A DNA stretch of 64,000 nt from Histomonas meleagridis 2922-C6/04-290x (GCA_020184695.1 JAANOX010000006.1:1-64000), one strand, 5' to 3'. Shown: positions 22,883 to 34,775, counted from the first letter of the stretch. The notes: a model not told the origin generated them from the letters alone. Program-made: numbers and translations.

Positions 22883-23758
22883 ATGAAGCAAACACTGAAA
22901 ATTGCAGTGTTTATCCCACAATTCAAATGGGAAAGAATGAACTTAGCAAGTGTCAAACCAGAAGTACATGGAATTGAATTAGTTCCTGCAGATTTTGATA
23001 CTGATCTTTCTTCATTTGATGGAATTATACACAAGTTCACATATCAACTTGTGGATGGACACAAAGATCAAGTTGAAAAAATCCAACAATATATTGCAAC
23101 AAGAAAGAACTTCATTGTTATTGAGCCAATTGATAAAATCAACATATTTATAAATCGCAAAGAATTACAATTGCTTTTTTCAAAGCATCACCTTCCAAGC
23201 TATATCAAATACAGCGAAGGAATTGAAGATTTTTCATCTGTCACTCAATTTCCTGTTGTTCTTAAGTCAATTGAAGCATGTGGAACATCAGAAAGTCATT
23301 CCATCCGAATTGTACATACCCGTGAACAGCTTTCAGAGATACAAAACGTTCCACCAAAACTTATGGCATTTCCATTTATTCCACATTATGGAGTAGTTTT
23401 CAAGTGCTACTGTCTTGGTGACAACTACGTTATGCGTGCTAGTGGGTCCCTTGTTCTTCACAGCAAGGACTCCACAGTATTTGACTCCCAAAAACCACTT
23501 CCAGATGATCTCTTAAATACAACTTTTTCATCTCAAAATACACAAGAAATTGCGCCATCACAAGAAGAACTTAAGGGAATCTGTCAAAGCCTCCAGGAAA
23601 TCACTGGAGTGCAACTTCTTGGGTTTGATGTATTAAGAAGTGAAGTTGATGGTTTATTGTATCTTGTAGATGTAAACTACTTCCCGTGCTTCAGGAACAT
23701 CGAAAATATCGGCGACAAATTAGCTGAGTTCATCAAAAAAAAGGCAACAAATAATTAA
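22883..23758 (+). CDS. ITPK1: Inositol-tetrakisphosphate 1-kinase (ATP-grasp)
   Basis: DGIIHKFT, FPVVLKSIEACGTSESH, PFIPHYGVVFKCYCLG, LLGFDVL, VDVNYFPCF. Confidence 0.9.
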   Translation: MKQTLKIAVFIPQFKWERMNLASVKPEVHGIELVPADFDTDLSSFDGIIHKFTYQLVDGHKDQVEKIQQYIATRKNFIVIEPIDKINIFINRKELQLLFSKHHLPSYIKYSEGIEDFSSVTQFPVVLKSIEACGTSESHSIRIVHTREQLSEIQNVPPKLMAFPFIPHYGVVFKCYCLGDNYVMRASGSLVLHSKDSTVFDSQKPLPDDLLNTTFSSQNTQEIAPSQEELKGICQSLQEITGVQLLGFDVLRSEVDGLLYLVDVNYFPCFRNIENIGDKLAEFIKKKATNN

Positions 23759-23819
23759 TAAATGATACAAAAACTCATAAATACAAAATATATCGATTGT
23801 TTATAGTATGCTTTTGTTT

Positions 23820-24110
23820 CTAGTTGCTGAGAGCAGCTGCTTCTGTGGACTCTGTTCCTAAATTATCATCAAATCCTTCATCCCCTTCAAGAAGTAGATA
23901 ACAATGTGATCCGTCAGGCATTTGAGATGCAATAGTTCCTTCCATATCTAACATATTGTCCAAATATTTAAATCCGCGTGAAGATATATGATCAAATCCA
24001 GATCGATCAAAACGAAGAAGCGCTACGTTTGAGAGCCATTCAACTGTTTGCTGGCCCTCACCAACACTAACAGGATATGTTTTGTCTCGAATGTGAACAA
24101 AAATTTTCAT
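23820..24110 (-). CDS. Small ubiquitin-like/PB1-type (Par3/HAL N-terminal-like) protein
   Basis: MKIFVHIRDKTYPVSVGEGQQTVEWLSNVALLRFD resembles the Par3/HAL N-terminal domain; from recall, not searched. Confidence 0.55.
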   Translation of the reverse strand: MKIFVHIRDKTYPVSVGEGQQTVEWLSNVALLRFDRSGFDHISSRGFKYLDNMLDMEGTIASQMPDGSHCYLLLEGDEGFDDNLGTESTEAAALSN

Positions 24111-24422
24111 TTTGAATTTTGTAGCACGTTAAAATGTTTTATGTCAATTTTTTATATGAGTTCATTGAAAATGAAACAAATTCATTCACACAAACCAATT
24201 TTACTTGTTTACTGTTTCTGAATATATTCATGAATATATAAATGAAAACAACTCAAAGAAAATCAAAAATTTTGAAGAATTAGAAAAGAAATAAGCTAAA
24301 CTTAAATATTTCAAGACATGAACTTCTTAAGGCATTTGCAAGTTTTCAATAAAAAGCAAAGATTTCATTTAAATTTTACATTTTGAAACAGCTGTTTAAA
24401 AAATATTATTATAAAATTGTTT

Positions 24423-25091
24423 TTAACAGCACGCGTATTGCATGTAGAAAACACCAAAATCACCTCCTGTAGTCATCCATACCTGTGCACCAGCATCTAC
24501 CCACGTGTTAGTTGATGCCTCAGATTCGTCCATTTCCAACAACAGAACTGTTCCTTCTGGCTGATCGTTTCCTTAGACAAAATCAGCCCATCCACCTAAG
24601 TATGTTAGAGGTCTTTCCATTAGGTATTGTAAGTCTTCATCCATTGTTGCTTCTTCAATTTGATGAATGTCTTGTAATAGTTCTGGGTGTAATTTAACTA
24701 ATGTATCTTGATCTTGAACGAACATTTGTTGCTGTTCCCGTTAGGTTACAACTCGGTGTTAATTAAATACGCGCTTTTCATCATTTTCATCTTTATAAAG
24801 ATGCTTTTCATCATTTTCATCTTTATAAAGAAGCTCATTAATTTTATTCCCATGATATCTGACCACATCTTGGCCTTCCCCACAGCTAAACCCAGCTACA
24901 ACACTTTCACGTTCGTCCTCTGAGAAATAGTTTTGAATCTCTTCGGGAAGTGATGGAGCATAATGAAAATACAAGTGAAGTAGGTTCACCACAATCACAA
25001 CACTTGTGGACTTTCCCATCTTTAGGTAAATATAGTGCACGTCCACCAAACTTAGATGCCATGGGGTCAGTTGAATCTTTATTTTCAACAA
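24423..25091 (-). pseudogene. YwqG/DUF1963-like pseudogene
   Basis: C-terminal frame reads TYLGGWADFV*GNDQPEGTVLLLEMDESEASTNTWVDAGAQVWM (TAA 24573-24575), matching the LGGxPxFxQ...LLLxxD...WGDxG pattern. Frame break after the 30-bp duplication. Confidence 0.55.
24773..24830. repeat. 30-bp tandem duplication (LYKDENDEK x2)
   Basis: GCTTTTCATCATTTTCATCTTTATAAAG at 24773 and 24803. Confidence 0.95.
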
Positions 25092-25311
25092 TAGGAGTAT
25101 AACAGTTTTTAGCTGTTGATTTAATTATTTCTAGAATCTGTTCCCTGCTGTATGATTTATATACATACTATTTACTTAATGTGCTTGAATTTTGTGTAGA
25201 TTTAGTACTTAAAAAAGTATTATGTTTGATTAAACAAAAGATTATGTAGTGTTAAAAAAACTTTAAAAATAATTATAAATGAAAAACTATAAAATATTTT
25301 ATTATATGAAC

Positions 25312-27696
25312 TTAATGATCGCTTATTTCCTTTAATTTATTTTCTACATCTTTCGCGAATTCTTTATTTTCATCATCGAAAACCACGTTTTCAATATTTT
25401 CTGAAACGTTCAATTTAATTAATTTCTTAAAAGTTTCTTTATAATTACAAAGAATTGTATAATAACTTAAAATACAAAACTGCAAAATTTTATTTTCTTT
25501 TATTTGTTTTAACGAAGTTTCTAATAACAACAAATATTCCTTTAAATATCCGAATCTTCCGATATGACATATAAGTAAATAACCAATTAAATAAAATTGT
25601 TGTTGATCATTTTTTATGATTATATCCAAAAAACATTTCAAAAACGAAGTATTACTAATTAGCTCTAAACTTTCATTAGTTAAATCGATTTTTTTAAGGA
25701 AATGATAAACAAAATTTAACATTTCTATTTGGTCACCTTCATCGATTATTAAATTTTTTAAGAATATATAAATGTTTTGAAGTTTAGATAAATGTTTTGA
25801 AAAATTTTCATTTTTTAATAATATTATTAAAACTCGAACTTTAGAATCTTCGGATAAAATTTCTTCATTAAAAATATCATTTATAAATGCTACATATGTT
25901 TCATTAACATTTGGATTCTTTAACATATTTAAGAATGCTAAAAATCCCCATTTTGATTTCTTTATCTTTTTATATACATTTTTTAATAATTCTAAATTTA
26001 TTTCATTTAATTTTATTAATCCCAAAAAATCTAATGTAATTTTACATATTTTTTCATCATTTAAATGAGTTAAAATTACATTTGGATTTATATTTAATTT
26101 TTTAACTTTTAAATTACATAATGAAGAATATGAATATTCAATTAAATTATATTCTTTTGGTTTATTTAATAAATTTAGTAAGAAACTTATATAATATTGG
26201 ATTTTATTTTCTTTAAACTCAGGGAAATTATCAATTAAATTATGGAAAATATGTATTAAATAATTAGTTGTTTTATGCTTCACAAAAACATTTGAATATA
26301 TAATTAATATGTTTATTATTTGTGATTGTAATTCTTTAATGTTTTCATTTGGTTTCTTAACTATAATCGAAAACAAACGAATTATCTTTTGAGGCCATAA
26401 TGGTATTAATAATTCTAATTTCTGTAATAAGTTAATACGTATAAATTGAGGAAACTCTTCAAATATTGGAATTAATATTGATAATGAAACCTTTTGAAGT
26501 TCTTTATCTTCAAATGGTAATAATTCATGATAATATGATTCAACAAATAATGAAAGACAATCCTTTTTAGTGATTAATAATTTAAGTAATTCAAATAACG
26601 CAATTTGTACAATGTTTACAGATGGTTCATTTTGAATCAAATATATTACCGAATCGAAAAATGTTTTACAATTAAATTCATTAATAGTATTAGTGTAATT
26701 TAAGATCTTAAGTGGATCAAGTTCTTTAAATAAAAGTGGTATCTTATCAGTCATTCGAACTGTTTTAAATTCGTTTTTCGATATTTCATATGTTTCAATC
26801 ATTTCTTTAATTTGTTCAATAGTTTCGTTTTTTGTCCCATCAAAAAAAACTTTTTTCGTTAAAAATAATTCAAAGATTTTCCCAAACGTTGGCCTTTTTT
26901 CAGGATTTTGATGCCAACATAGTTGTATAAGTTTCTTTAATGATTGCGGGGCACGTGGTGGTATAGCTGGTCGTTCTTCTTTTAATAACATTCGTTTGAC
27001 ATTGTCAATTGAACGCCCTTTAAATGGTATAAAACCTGTTTCTAATTCCCATAAAATCATGCCAAATGAATAGACATCAACTTTATTAGTACATGTGCCA
27101 ACTGTAAATAATTCTGGAGCAGACCATTGTGTACATGTAATTATATCATTAGGCAAATTATACGTTTCAATAAATGTTGAATATTGATAATTAAATATAT
27201 ATGGATGAAATGACTCATCTAATAATATATTCGACGAACGTAAATCTCGATGAGAAATATTATATTGATGAAGGTGTAACATGCCATAGGCAATACCAAT
27301 GGCAATTATGTTTTTTTGATCTCCTGTTAAATTAATGCTATAATTTTTGGAATGAAGAATTTGATAGAGAGATCGATCCCCAACATATCTGGTGATAATG
27401 GAAATCGGTGGATCTGGTATAAACCCAATTAAAGGGACTAAAAATGGATTATCAGAATAACTTAAAACTTGGATTTCATGACAAAAATTAAGAAGTGTGG
27501 AATCACTTGGTTCATCAGATTTTATGCTTCTGATTGAAACTTGCTTTCCTGTCGATTTTTGATTACTTGAATAAATTATGTATTCTTCATCACTTTCTAT
27601 TTCTTTAAAAGTTTCAAAATCATCAGAGGAGACTACAAAGCTAGAGAGCTCAATTTGCAATTGAATGAAAAGATCTTCTCCATTTTCTTTTGGCAT
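25312..27696 (-). CDS. TKL-family (pseudo)kinase with C-terminal ARM/HEAT-like region
   Basis: HRDLRSSNILL, QWSAPE, KVDVYSFGMILWEL, CWHQNPEKRPTF; DFG replaced by NYQ. Confidence 0.85.
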   Translation of the reverse strand: MPKENGEDLFIQLQIELSSFVVSSDDFETFKEIESDEEYIIYSSNQKSTGKQVSIRSIKSDEPSDSTLLNFCHEIQVLSYSDNPFLVPLIGFIPDPPISIITRYVGDRSLYQILHSKNYSINLTGDQKNIIAIGIAYGMLHLHQYNISHRDLRSSNILLDESFHPYIFNYQYSTFIETYNLPNDIITCTQWSAPELFTVGTCTNKVDVYSFGMILWELETGFIPFKGRSIDNVKRMLLKEERPAIPPRAPQSLKKLIQLCWHQNPEKRPTFGKIFELFLTKKVFFDGTKNETIEQIKEMIETYEISKNEFKTVRMTDKIPLLFKELDPLKILNYTNTINEFNCKTFFDSVIYLIQNEPSVNIVQIALFELLKLLITKKDCLSLFVESYYHELLPFEDKELQKVSLSILIPIFEEFPQFIRINLLQKLELLIPLWPQKIIRLFSIIVKKPNENIKELQSQIINILIIYSNVFVKHKTTNYLIHIFHNLIDNFPEFKENKIQYYISFLLNLLNKPKEYNLIEYSYSSLCNLKVKKLNINPNVILTHLNDEKICKITLDFLGLIKLNEINLELLKNVYKKIKKSKWGFLAFLNMLKNPNVNETYVAFINDIFNEEILSEDSKVRVLIILLKNENFSKHLSKLQNIYIFLKNLIIDEGDQIEMLNFVYHFLKKIDLTNESLELISNTSFLKCFLDIIIKNDQQQFYLIGYLLICHIGRFGYLKEYLLLLETSLKQIKENKILQFCILSYYTILCNYKETFKKLIKLNVSENIENVVFDDENKEFAKDVENKLKEISDH

Positions 27697-28212
27697 GTGT
27701 TTCGCAGACGAAAGATCTTTATGAAAAAGTTATAAAATTGAGAGCAGAAAATCTTCATTTTTGAATTTTTCTGTTCCAATTTTCGCGGTATTAAAGAGAT
27801 GTTTCTATAAATTAAGATCATTTAAAATCTATATCAAACAAGACATGGCGTTATAAATCTAATATATTTTTTTTAAATGCAATGATTTCTTTACATTGTT
27901 GAAAAATCTAATAATTATTTAACCATTAATGGTTAAAAATCGGAAATAATGACAAAGAGACTCAAAGCAGCACATGGAGTGATACAGCAAGTTAATAATT
28001 CAAAAAATTCAGACTGAAATACAATAAATTTTTCAAATTTTGACATTAAGAAAAAGTATTTCATTAAAAAATAGTTATATATGTCATGTAGTTCTATTTG
28101 GCCCACAATATTAGTAAGATATAATTACCTGAGGTAGGAAAAATCGATTTTTAAATTTTTTGTATAACGTATTTCTATCGTTCCCAAACTGTTGCCGCGA
28201 AAAATTCCTTCA

Positions 28213-30627
28213 ATGAATCCTCAAAAAAAATACATCGAAATCCCTAATGAGATTCGAAAATTTATATTCAGTAATTCCGATATTTCCATCGTAAAAAAAC
28301 TTGAAGGAAATTCTTGCATTATTAAAATTAATTCTCTTAACAAAAAATACATATCGAAAGTAGTGGCAATAGAAACAATGACCCGTAAAATGTCAATATC
28401 ATATTTCGAGGAGATTTTAGGATATTCAAGAATTCAATCAAAATTTATTCAAAAACTTGTTGGGTTTACAATTAAGCCTCCTTACTTTGTTTTTGGTAAT
28501 TGCGTAAGCTCTATTACATTGCATGATTATCTTCAAAAAAATAATTGTTTATCTTCTGATCTTACAATCATTGCAACTGGAATAGCAAAAGGTATGGCCG
28601 AATTACATAGGAATGGCTTAACCTTACCATATCTCAATAGTAAAATCATTTTTTTATCTCGTGATTTACAACCACAAATCTGTGTTTTCTATAATAACAC
28701 AGTCAATTGGCAAGCTCCTGAATGTTATAATGGTTTCTCTTGTTTAAAATCAGATGTTTTTATGTTTGGTTATATTCTATATGAAATGGTGACAAAGGAT
28801 TTTCCATATGAAGGAATTAATGAGCGTGAAATTAAATCCATCATTATGAGAAATGAACAACCACAAATTCCGTCTTCTGCATCAAATTCACTTAATAAAA
28901 TTATCCAAAAATGCTGGTGCCAAAATCCTGATATGCGGCCAAGCTTTGAAGAGATTTTAAGCGGATTCATTTCTGGTAACATTGATTTTCAATCTAAATT
29001 TTATGAACAATATTCAAACTCTAAACAGTATACTCCAATCCGTCCTATTAGTTCACCTATTTCACATGGCACTCTTATGTCTGCATATATGGATACAAGT
29101 AATTTAATTGATCAGAATTTTACTTCGCCTCATAAAATGCAACAAAATTTATATTCTTCAATTCGACCATCTGAGTATATACAAAATAATGATTTTGACA
29201 TAAGTATTTTTGAGAAGTATTCTAATAAAGGATTTCTTGAATCATTAAAAAATGTGTCTTCATTCGTTGATCCCACTCAATATCGAACTTTTTTTAAGTT
29301 AATGGGATCAAATCTTTTGTCTAATCCACCTGTATATGTTACCAAAGCCATTTTAGAAGCAATATTATCAATATTAACTAATAATACATCAATTGAAACA
29401 TTTGTTTCTTTAAATATACATAAATTTCTTCCAATTGATGATTCAGATTTAGTTAATTATTCATTCAAAATATTATATATTATTTGTGAAAATAATCCAT
29501 CAATATTACAAAATGATTTTTCACAAATTTTATCAATATTAATAACAAAAAGCCCATGTAAATCATTAGTTTTAATTTCGATGTTTTCTAAATCATTTAC
29601 AAATCTTGAAAATCCTTATTCTATTTTAGATCTATTAATTAAATATGAGAAAGTATTTTTTAAGTCAAAAGTTAGTTCTCATTATATTAACCTAATATTT
29701 TTTCTTAATTTTTATTTTGTTTCTTATTATAACTCAAGAATTTCTAAATGTAGAACAATATTTACTAATTTTTTAAGTTCTAATGATAAACAAACTTTAA
29801 TTATAACGTATAAATCGATTTGTATACTTTACAACGAACTTTTTGAGATACCTTTTCATCAAATTAAAAATCATATTAAAGATGAAGACTTATGTTACTT
29901 ATGCATATCATTGTTGTTACGAGTTAAAACCATTCCATATGATCCAGACCTCATTCAAACTTTGTTAATTATCTCTGAAACGAAAGTGGAATCAACGTTA
30001 TGTTTATTAAAGATGTTACAAAATTTAGAATCATCACGTTATATGACGACGAATACTTTATGGCTTAACAAGAACTTACCAACAATTGAAGATACGTTAC
30101 GTTTATTTTTAGTTATTATTTCACATAAAACAATACTAAATATCATAGTGACGATACCAAATGTTTTAAATTATTTTTTAACAATTATTAAATCGAATAA
30201 TATCAATTGCATATTAATTCTATCTAAAATATTACGGAAAATTCCAATGTCAAATGAAGTAATCGAAATATTAGAAAACATAAATTTCTTTAAAATTTTA
30301 TATAAGAAAATACCTAAAAATTTGGAAAATGTTCAAATAATTCCATACTTAAATATACTTTTACAATTTGCACTTGTCGAATATTCAAAAGATTTTAATA
30401 TGTTTTCGGAATTGATAATTAATGCATTAGGTTCCGAAAGTAGAATATCAAAAGTTGCATTAAATTGTATATATATCTTAAGTTATTACAAAGAATGCGT
30501 GAAAATATTTTCCGATTTAAATGTCGAAAATAAAATCCGAAATTTGCAAGTGAAGAAATCGGATGAAAAGAAAATACAAATTATATTCTCCAATTTCGAT
30601 AAGTTCTATAGTTATTATAGTGATTGA
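28213..30627 (+). CDS. TKL-family pseudokinase with C-terminal ARM/HEAT-like region
   Basis: NWQAPE, KSDVFMFGYILYEM, CWCQNPDMRPSF; HRD and DFG absent. Same architecture as 25312-27696. Start taken at ATG 28213. Confidence 0.8.
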   Translation: MNPQKKYIEIPNEIRKFIFSNSDISIVKKLEGNSCIIKINSLNKKYISKVVAIETMTRKMSISYFEEILGYSRIQSKFIQKLVGFTIKPPYFVFGNCVSSITLHDYLQKNNCLSSDLTIIATGIAKGMAELHRNGLTLPYLNSKIIFLSRDLQPQICVFYNNTVNWQAPECYNGFSCLKSDVFMFGYILYEMVTKDFPYEGINEREIKSIIMRNEQPQIPSSASNSLNKIIQKCWCQNPDMRPSFEEILSGFISGNIDFQSKFYEQYSNSKQYTPIRPISSPISHGTLMSAYMDTSNLIDQNFTSPHKMQQNLYSSIRPSEYIQNNDFDISIFEKYSNKGFLESLKNVSSFVDPTQYRTFFKLMGSNLLSNPPVYVTKAILEAILSILTNNTSIETFVSLNIHKFLPIDDSDLVNYSFKILYIICENNPSILQNDFSQILSILITKSPCKSLVLISMFSKSFTNLENPYSILDLLIKYEKVFFKSKVSSHYINLIFFLNFYFVSYYNSRISKCRTIFTNFLSSNDKQTLIITYKSICILYNELFEIPFHQIKNHIKDEDLCYLCISLLLRVKTIPYDPDLIQTLLIISETKVESTLCLLKMLQNLESSRYMTTNTLWLNKNLPTIEDTLRLFLVIISHKTILNIIVTIPNVLNYFLTIIKSNNINCILILSKILRKIPMSNEVIEILENINFFKILYKKIPKNLENVQIIPYLNILLQFALVEYSKDFNMFSELIINALGSESRISKVALNCIYILSYYKECVKIFSDLNVENKIRNLQVKKSDEKKIQIIFSNFDKFYSYYSD

Positions 30628-30779
30628 AATTATTAATTGTATTATAAATACTTATATGAACATTGGACTGTTAAATATCCTTTGTGACTTCTAAGTCGAA
30701 TCTCGACACATGGAAGCTAAAGCATTAAAGGATATCATTCTCTGCAATCTCAAATTTATCGTTGAATGAAGTTGGTCAA

Positions 30780-31400
30780 AAAAATCACTCCACTTTTTGA
30801 ATACAATTCTGTTAAAAACGATCAAAAAGTGCTGACTTCCACAAAAAGTTCAAATTTGAAGTGACTTCGGTTACATCACATGGCATGGGTTTACATGCTT
30901 TTTGGGAAAAAGCCAATTTCTTATCAAACACCCTCGAGAAGCTTTTGTTCAACATGCTCAATCATACAATGTTGTTGTATATGCATATTCACCATTATCA
31001 GTTCTTATAATGGCATCTACAATATTCCAAGAGCCAACACTAAAACAAATTCTGAAGGCACATAGCATTGCAACAAACACAAGGGTTAAAGATTTATTAA
31101 CGACACTTGGCAAATTAACAAAAACATGTTTGCAAACTCAGTTTGGCCCAACAAGAAAATGGTCACTGACATGTCAATGTATGCGCCATTAGTAAGTACC
31201 TCTACTGATAACGCCAGTCGGTTTCCCACAGCTTGGATGTGACTTCATCAATAAGCACATTGAAGAAGTTACGCATGGACTCATTAAGGACATATATTAA
31301 GTCCGCAAACGCTTGTTAAAAATGTCCATCAGATAATTGTAGGTGCGAATCACTTCAACGCAAAGTAGAAGAAACGGCCAAAATGTGACGCACTACATAC
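30780..31400 (-). other. Possible degenerate DDE transposase/integrase relic
   Basis: Broken frames contain FFNVLIDEVTSKLW (~31249) and AIIRTDNGEY (~30999); many stops. Confidence 0.2.
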
Positions 31401-31789
31401 CATAAAATCGCACCATTTTAAAATTATAAGCAATGATGATATTAATTCATCGGAATAAAATTTATATAAATTGTTCAAGTAAAACTAAAATAAATTTTTA
31501 TAGGTTGTTAACACTTTTTTGTTTCTTTGTTTCTTTTCCTTTCAACAACAAAATCACACAATTCCATACATACAACTTATAACAAAGATGACAAATAAAC
31601 AAAACATTTTTCAGTGACACCATGATTAAAAAAACAACAAATATTTATGCTCCATTCACAAGTGCTAAACTACTTGTAGTATTCATTTGCGACAACGGAA
31701 GTTTTTTCTTTTAATCAACTTGATGAATATGTAACCAACGCGGTGCATATAGTAAAACAAATATATTATAAAGGAAGTCAATAACGCAA

Positions 31790-33335
31790 AAAAATGATCA
31801 ACCTTTTCATCTCAAAGAGAATCAATCCAAACATATTTAAATTATTGACAAGAAATTCAATCTAAAGAAGAAGCAATTTTTCACAACAATCCAAATCAGA
31901 ATTTAATCCACAAGAGATATATTATATCATTGAAAAAATGAATGAAAAAGAATTAATTAATATAAGTATTACCAAAAACTTTAATACCAATTATTTTTCA
32001 AATTATAAAACTGAAGAAGAAAACAAGAAAAACGAAACTAAAGATTCATTAAATGAAGAATTTAAAAATAATTATGAAAAATTATCAAAGAATGATTGGG
32101 AACTTCATAAGCAATTAGTTAAAGAAGGAGTTAATTCAAATGAAATATCAGAAATCATTAGAAATGATGATATAGAGAAACTTCAAGAAAATCAACACAA
32201 AAAAATTTCGATTATAATCAAATCATCAAACCATCACTTTATGAAAGATATTCTTTTATTAACAAAGAAAATGTTACATTAATTGATTTTGCTGTATTTT
32301 TTGAAGCAATTCAATGTTTTAAATATTTATTATTGAACAACGCAAAAGTTGAAAATACAGGTAAATATGTGATTGCATGTAGAAATCTTGAAATTATTTA
32401 TTTATGTGAACAAAATCATTCGACATTTAACGGTGTTTATGAAATAGCAATTAAATTTCATCGAAATGATATCTTTAAATATATTTATGCAAACAAAATT
32501 GAAAAACTAGATCAAAACAATCAACAAATGTTGTTATTAACATATGTAAGCACAAACATAATTCCGTTTAAAAACTTTGGATATTGTAAGTAACACACAA
32601 GCATAAACTGATATTAAATTCCAAGAACAAATTTATCAATGTATTAACATTGGTAATTATGAAATTCTTTCATTTTTAGAAGGAGAAATCAAATTCGATG
32701 AATATAAAATTAATTTATCAGCGAAAATAGGTAATTTATATCTTGTCGAAGATTTTCTTGAGCATAATCAAATACCGAAAAATATTTTAGTTTTCACTCC
32801 AGAATAAGGAAATATTGAACTTGTTCAATATCTTATTAAACAATAAGGGATTGATATTAATGCTAAAAATATTGATTTGTTTGTATTAAAATATGTTTTA
32901 ATGTTTTGATATTTTAAAATGATATTTGGAATTTTATTAAATTATTTAGAACATCATTAATGATAGCAACTATAAAAGGTTGTATAGGAATTGTTCAATT
33001 TCTTATAGAACAAGAAGGAATTACCTTCAAACTAAAAAATATTCGTATGTATTATCCAAAATTGATATTGTAAATTTTGTGTTTTTATAGAAATTTGGAA
33101 TTTAATTGTTATATTTGATACCACACTTTTAATGGCTTCCCAAAATGATCAAACTGAAATATTTAAAATACTTCTTAAAACAGAAGAAAACATTAACAAC
33201 ATTGTTTTTGTTTATTTTATAGCTAGAATAATACAATATGAAAAATATTGCTCAAGAAAAAAGGAATCAGTACCAAAACATACGAGAAAACTATTACAGT
33301 GGCTTAAGTTAATTGTTTGCGTTTTTACTCATTAA
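31790..33335 (+). pseudogene. Degenerate paralogue of the DUF3447/ankyrin gene at 14644, with the same intervening sequences
   Basis: KLSKNDWELHKQLVKEGVNSNEISEIIRNDDIEKLQ and AIKFHRNDIF match 15200-15660. Several frameshifts and an in-frame TAA (CAA TAA GGG ATT GAT). Inserts at 32871-32950 and 33041-33119. Confidence 0.8.
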
Positions 33336-33628
33336 GATATTTGATTAACTATAGAAAATAAAGGATGTGAAATGAGCAAGGTAGATATTAAAACATATAT
33401 AAAGATCATGTTAGTTATGAGGCGATGAATTTTTTTGAACCAATATGGAGTGTCAGTAAAATATAATTCAATGCTTTATTCGAAAAGTACATGATGTCAA
33501 AAGTGACGTTCGTAAACTTCATAATTCATTTTTGAAGAAGTTTTGCCACTTTTTAATTAGAATTACACAATCTTTTAAGTGGAATTATTAAAGCATTAGT
33601 ATTTATGCTGTTTAATGAAGTGTTCATT

Positions 33629-34051
33629 TTATTTGAGGGATGTTGCTGATGAGCTACGTGTGGCACCAACACCTGCTTTGCTATGTTTAACAATCTTCTT
33701 GCTCATAGCAAAGTCAGCAAGAACATGACCAATCATTTCAGGCTTGATCTGAACTTCTACAAATTCCTTTCCATTGTAGATACCAATTATGTTATCAACA
33801 AATTCAGGAAGAACAACCATTGATCTAAGGTGTGTTTTAACAACAGGTGGCTTTTCGCCTGGACCTTTGACAGCCTCACGAGCCTTTTTGAGCTTAGTGA
33901 TAAGATGAAGATGTTTTACACCAAAGCAACGTGAGATATAGCGCCTGCGTGGTGCAGAAAGAAGCTTAACGAATTCTGGGAGTTCCATTGCCTTAAGGTC
34001 ATCAAGAGTTTTGCCGCGAAATGTGTAGTTACGTTGTGCGAATTTAGACAT
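33629..34051 (-). CDS. RPS15: 40S ribosomal protein S15 (uS19)
   Basis: YTFRGKTLDDL, VVKTHLRSMVVLPEFVD, GIYNGKEF, IKPEMIGHVLADF, HSKAGVGATRSS. Confidence 0.97.
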   Translation of the reverse strand: MSKFAQRNYTFRGKTLDDLKAMELPEFVKLLSAPRRRYISRCFGVKHLHLITKLKKAREAVKGPGEKPPVVKTHLRSMVVLPEFVDNIIGIYNGKEFVEVQIKPEMIGHVLADFAMSKKIVKHSKAGVGATRSSSATSLK

Positions 34052-34054
34052 TCC

Positions 34055-34081
34055 AAAGGCTGACCAAACCGTAAAACCGCC
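34055..34081 (-). promoter_or_regulatory. RP-gene promoter: M3-like GGCGGTTT, GTTTGG, and M5 CCTTT
   Basis: Minus strand GGCGGTTTTACG GTTTGG TCAG CCTTT GGA ATG. Confidence 0.75.
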
Positions 34082-34286
34082 TTAACGATACAAATACATA
34101 TTAACGGTCTCATCAAGTGGCTTGAATAAATCAAAAAAGTGACATTTTTTCTCATTGGGAAAAAATAATCAATTTTTAACAGCACTGTGTATTTTTGTAA
34201 ACAGACACTGTTAAAAAAATTATGAATAATATCAGTAAACCATTAAATTTCTCGAAATGTTTTCTCTTGTTGAGAACAACAAAAAC

Positions 34287-34775
34287 ATGGAAAACGATGA
34301 TTTTAAAACACACCTTAGTTTTATGGAGAGATTATTAAAACTTGAACAAATTATTTTTAATTTAACACAAGATAACATTCAAATAAAGTGGTTGCAGAAA
34401 GGTTTCCCAACGATAGAATCGAATGAATGAAAAATCATCGGATTTATATTCAAAAACTGAAGTGTTTGGGAAACCACTTTATCTATTTAAGAAACAATGA
34501 GCTTTTTTGATTTAAATTTCCCATATTCATTTAATAAAATTATTAGTACTTTAGTGTATTATGCATTTTGTCGTCAAAAAGAAACGAATTTTGTATACAT
34601 AAATTATTTAGAATCCATTCAAATGAAAGAAGAAGAAATTAATAAAAATTTTTCAAAAATAACAAAAATATTTTTTAATTATATCAGTCAAATAAATTCA
34701 CAAGAATCATATTATTTAAATGATAGATTGATTAAACGAAATTTAATTGATGTAAATGAGTTGGAATCAACATGA
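34287..34775 (+). pseudogene. Fragmentary N-terminus of the same DUF3447/ankyrin family (tentative)
   Basis: LLKLEQIIFNLTQDNIQ resembles VQSLRNLIFGLKEENIV of the 14644 gene; broken frames. Confidence 0.35.
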
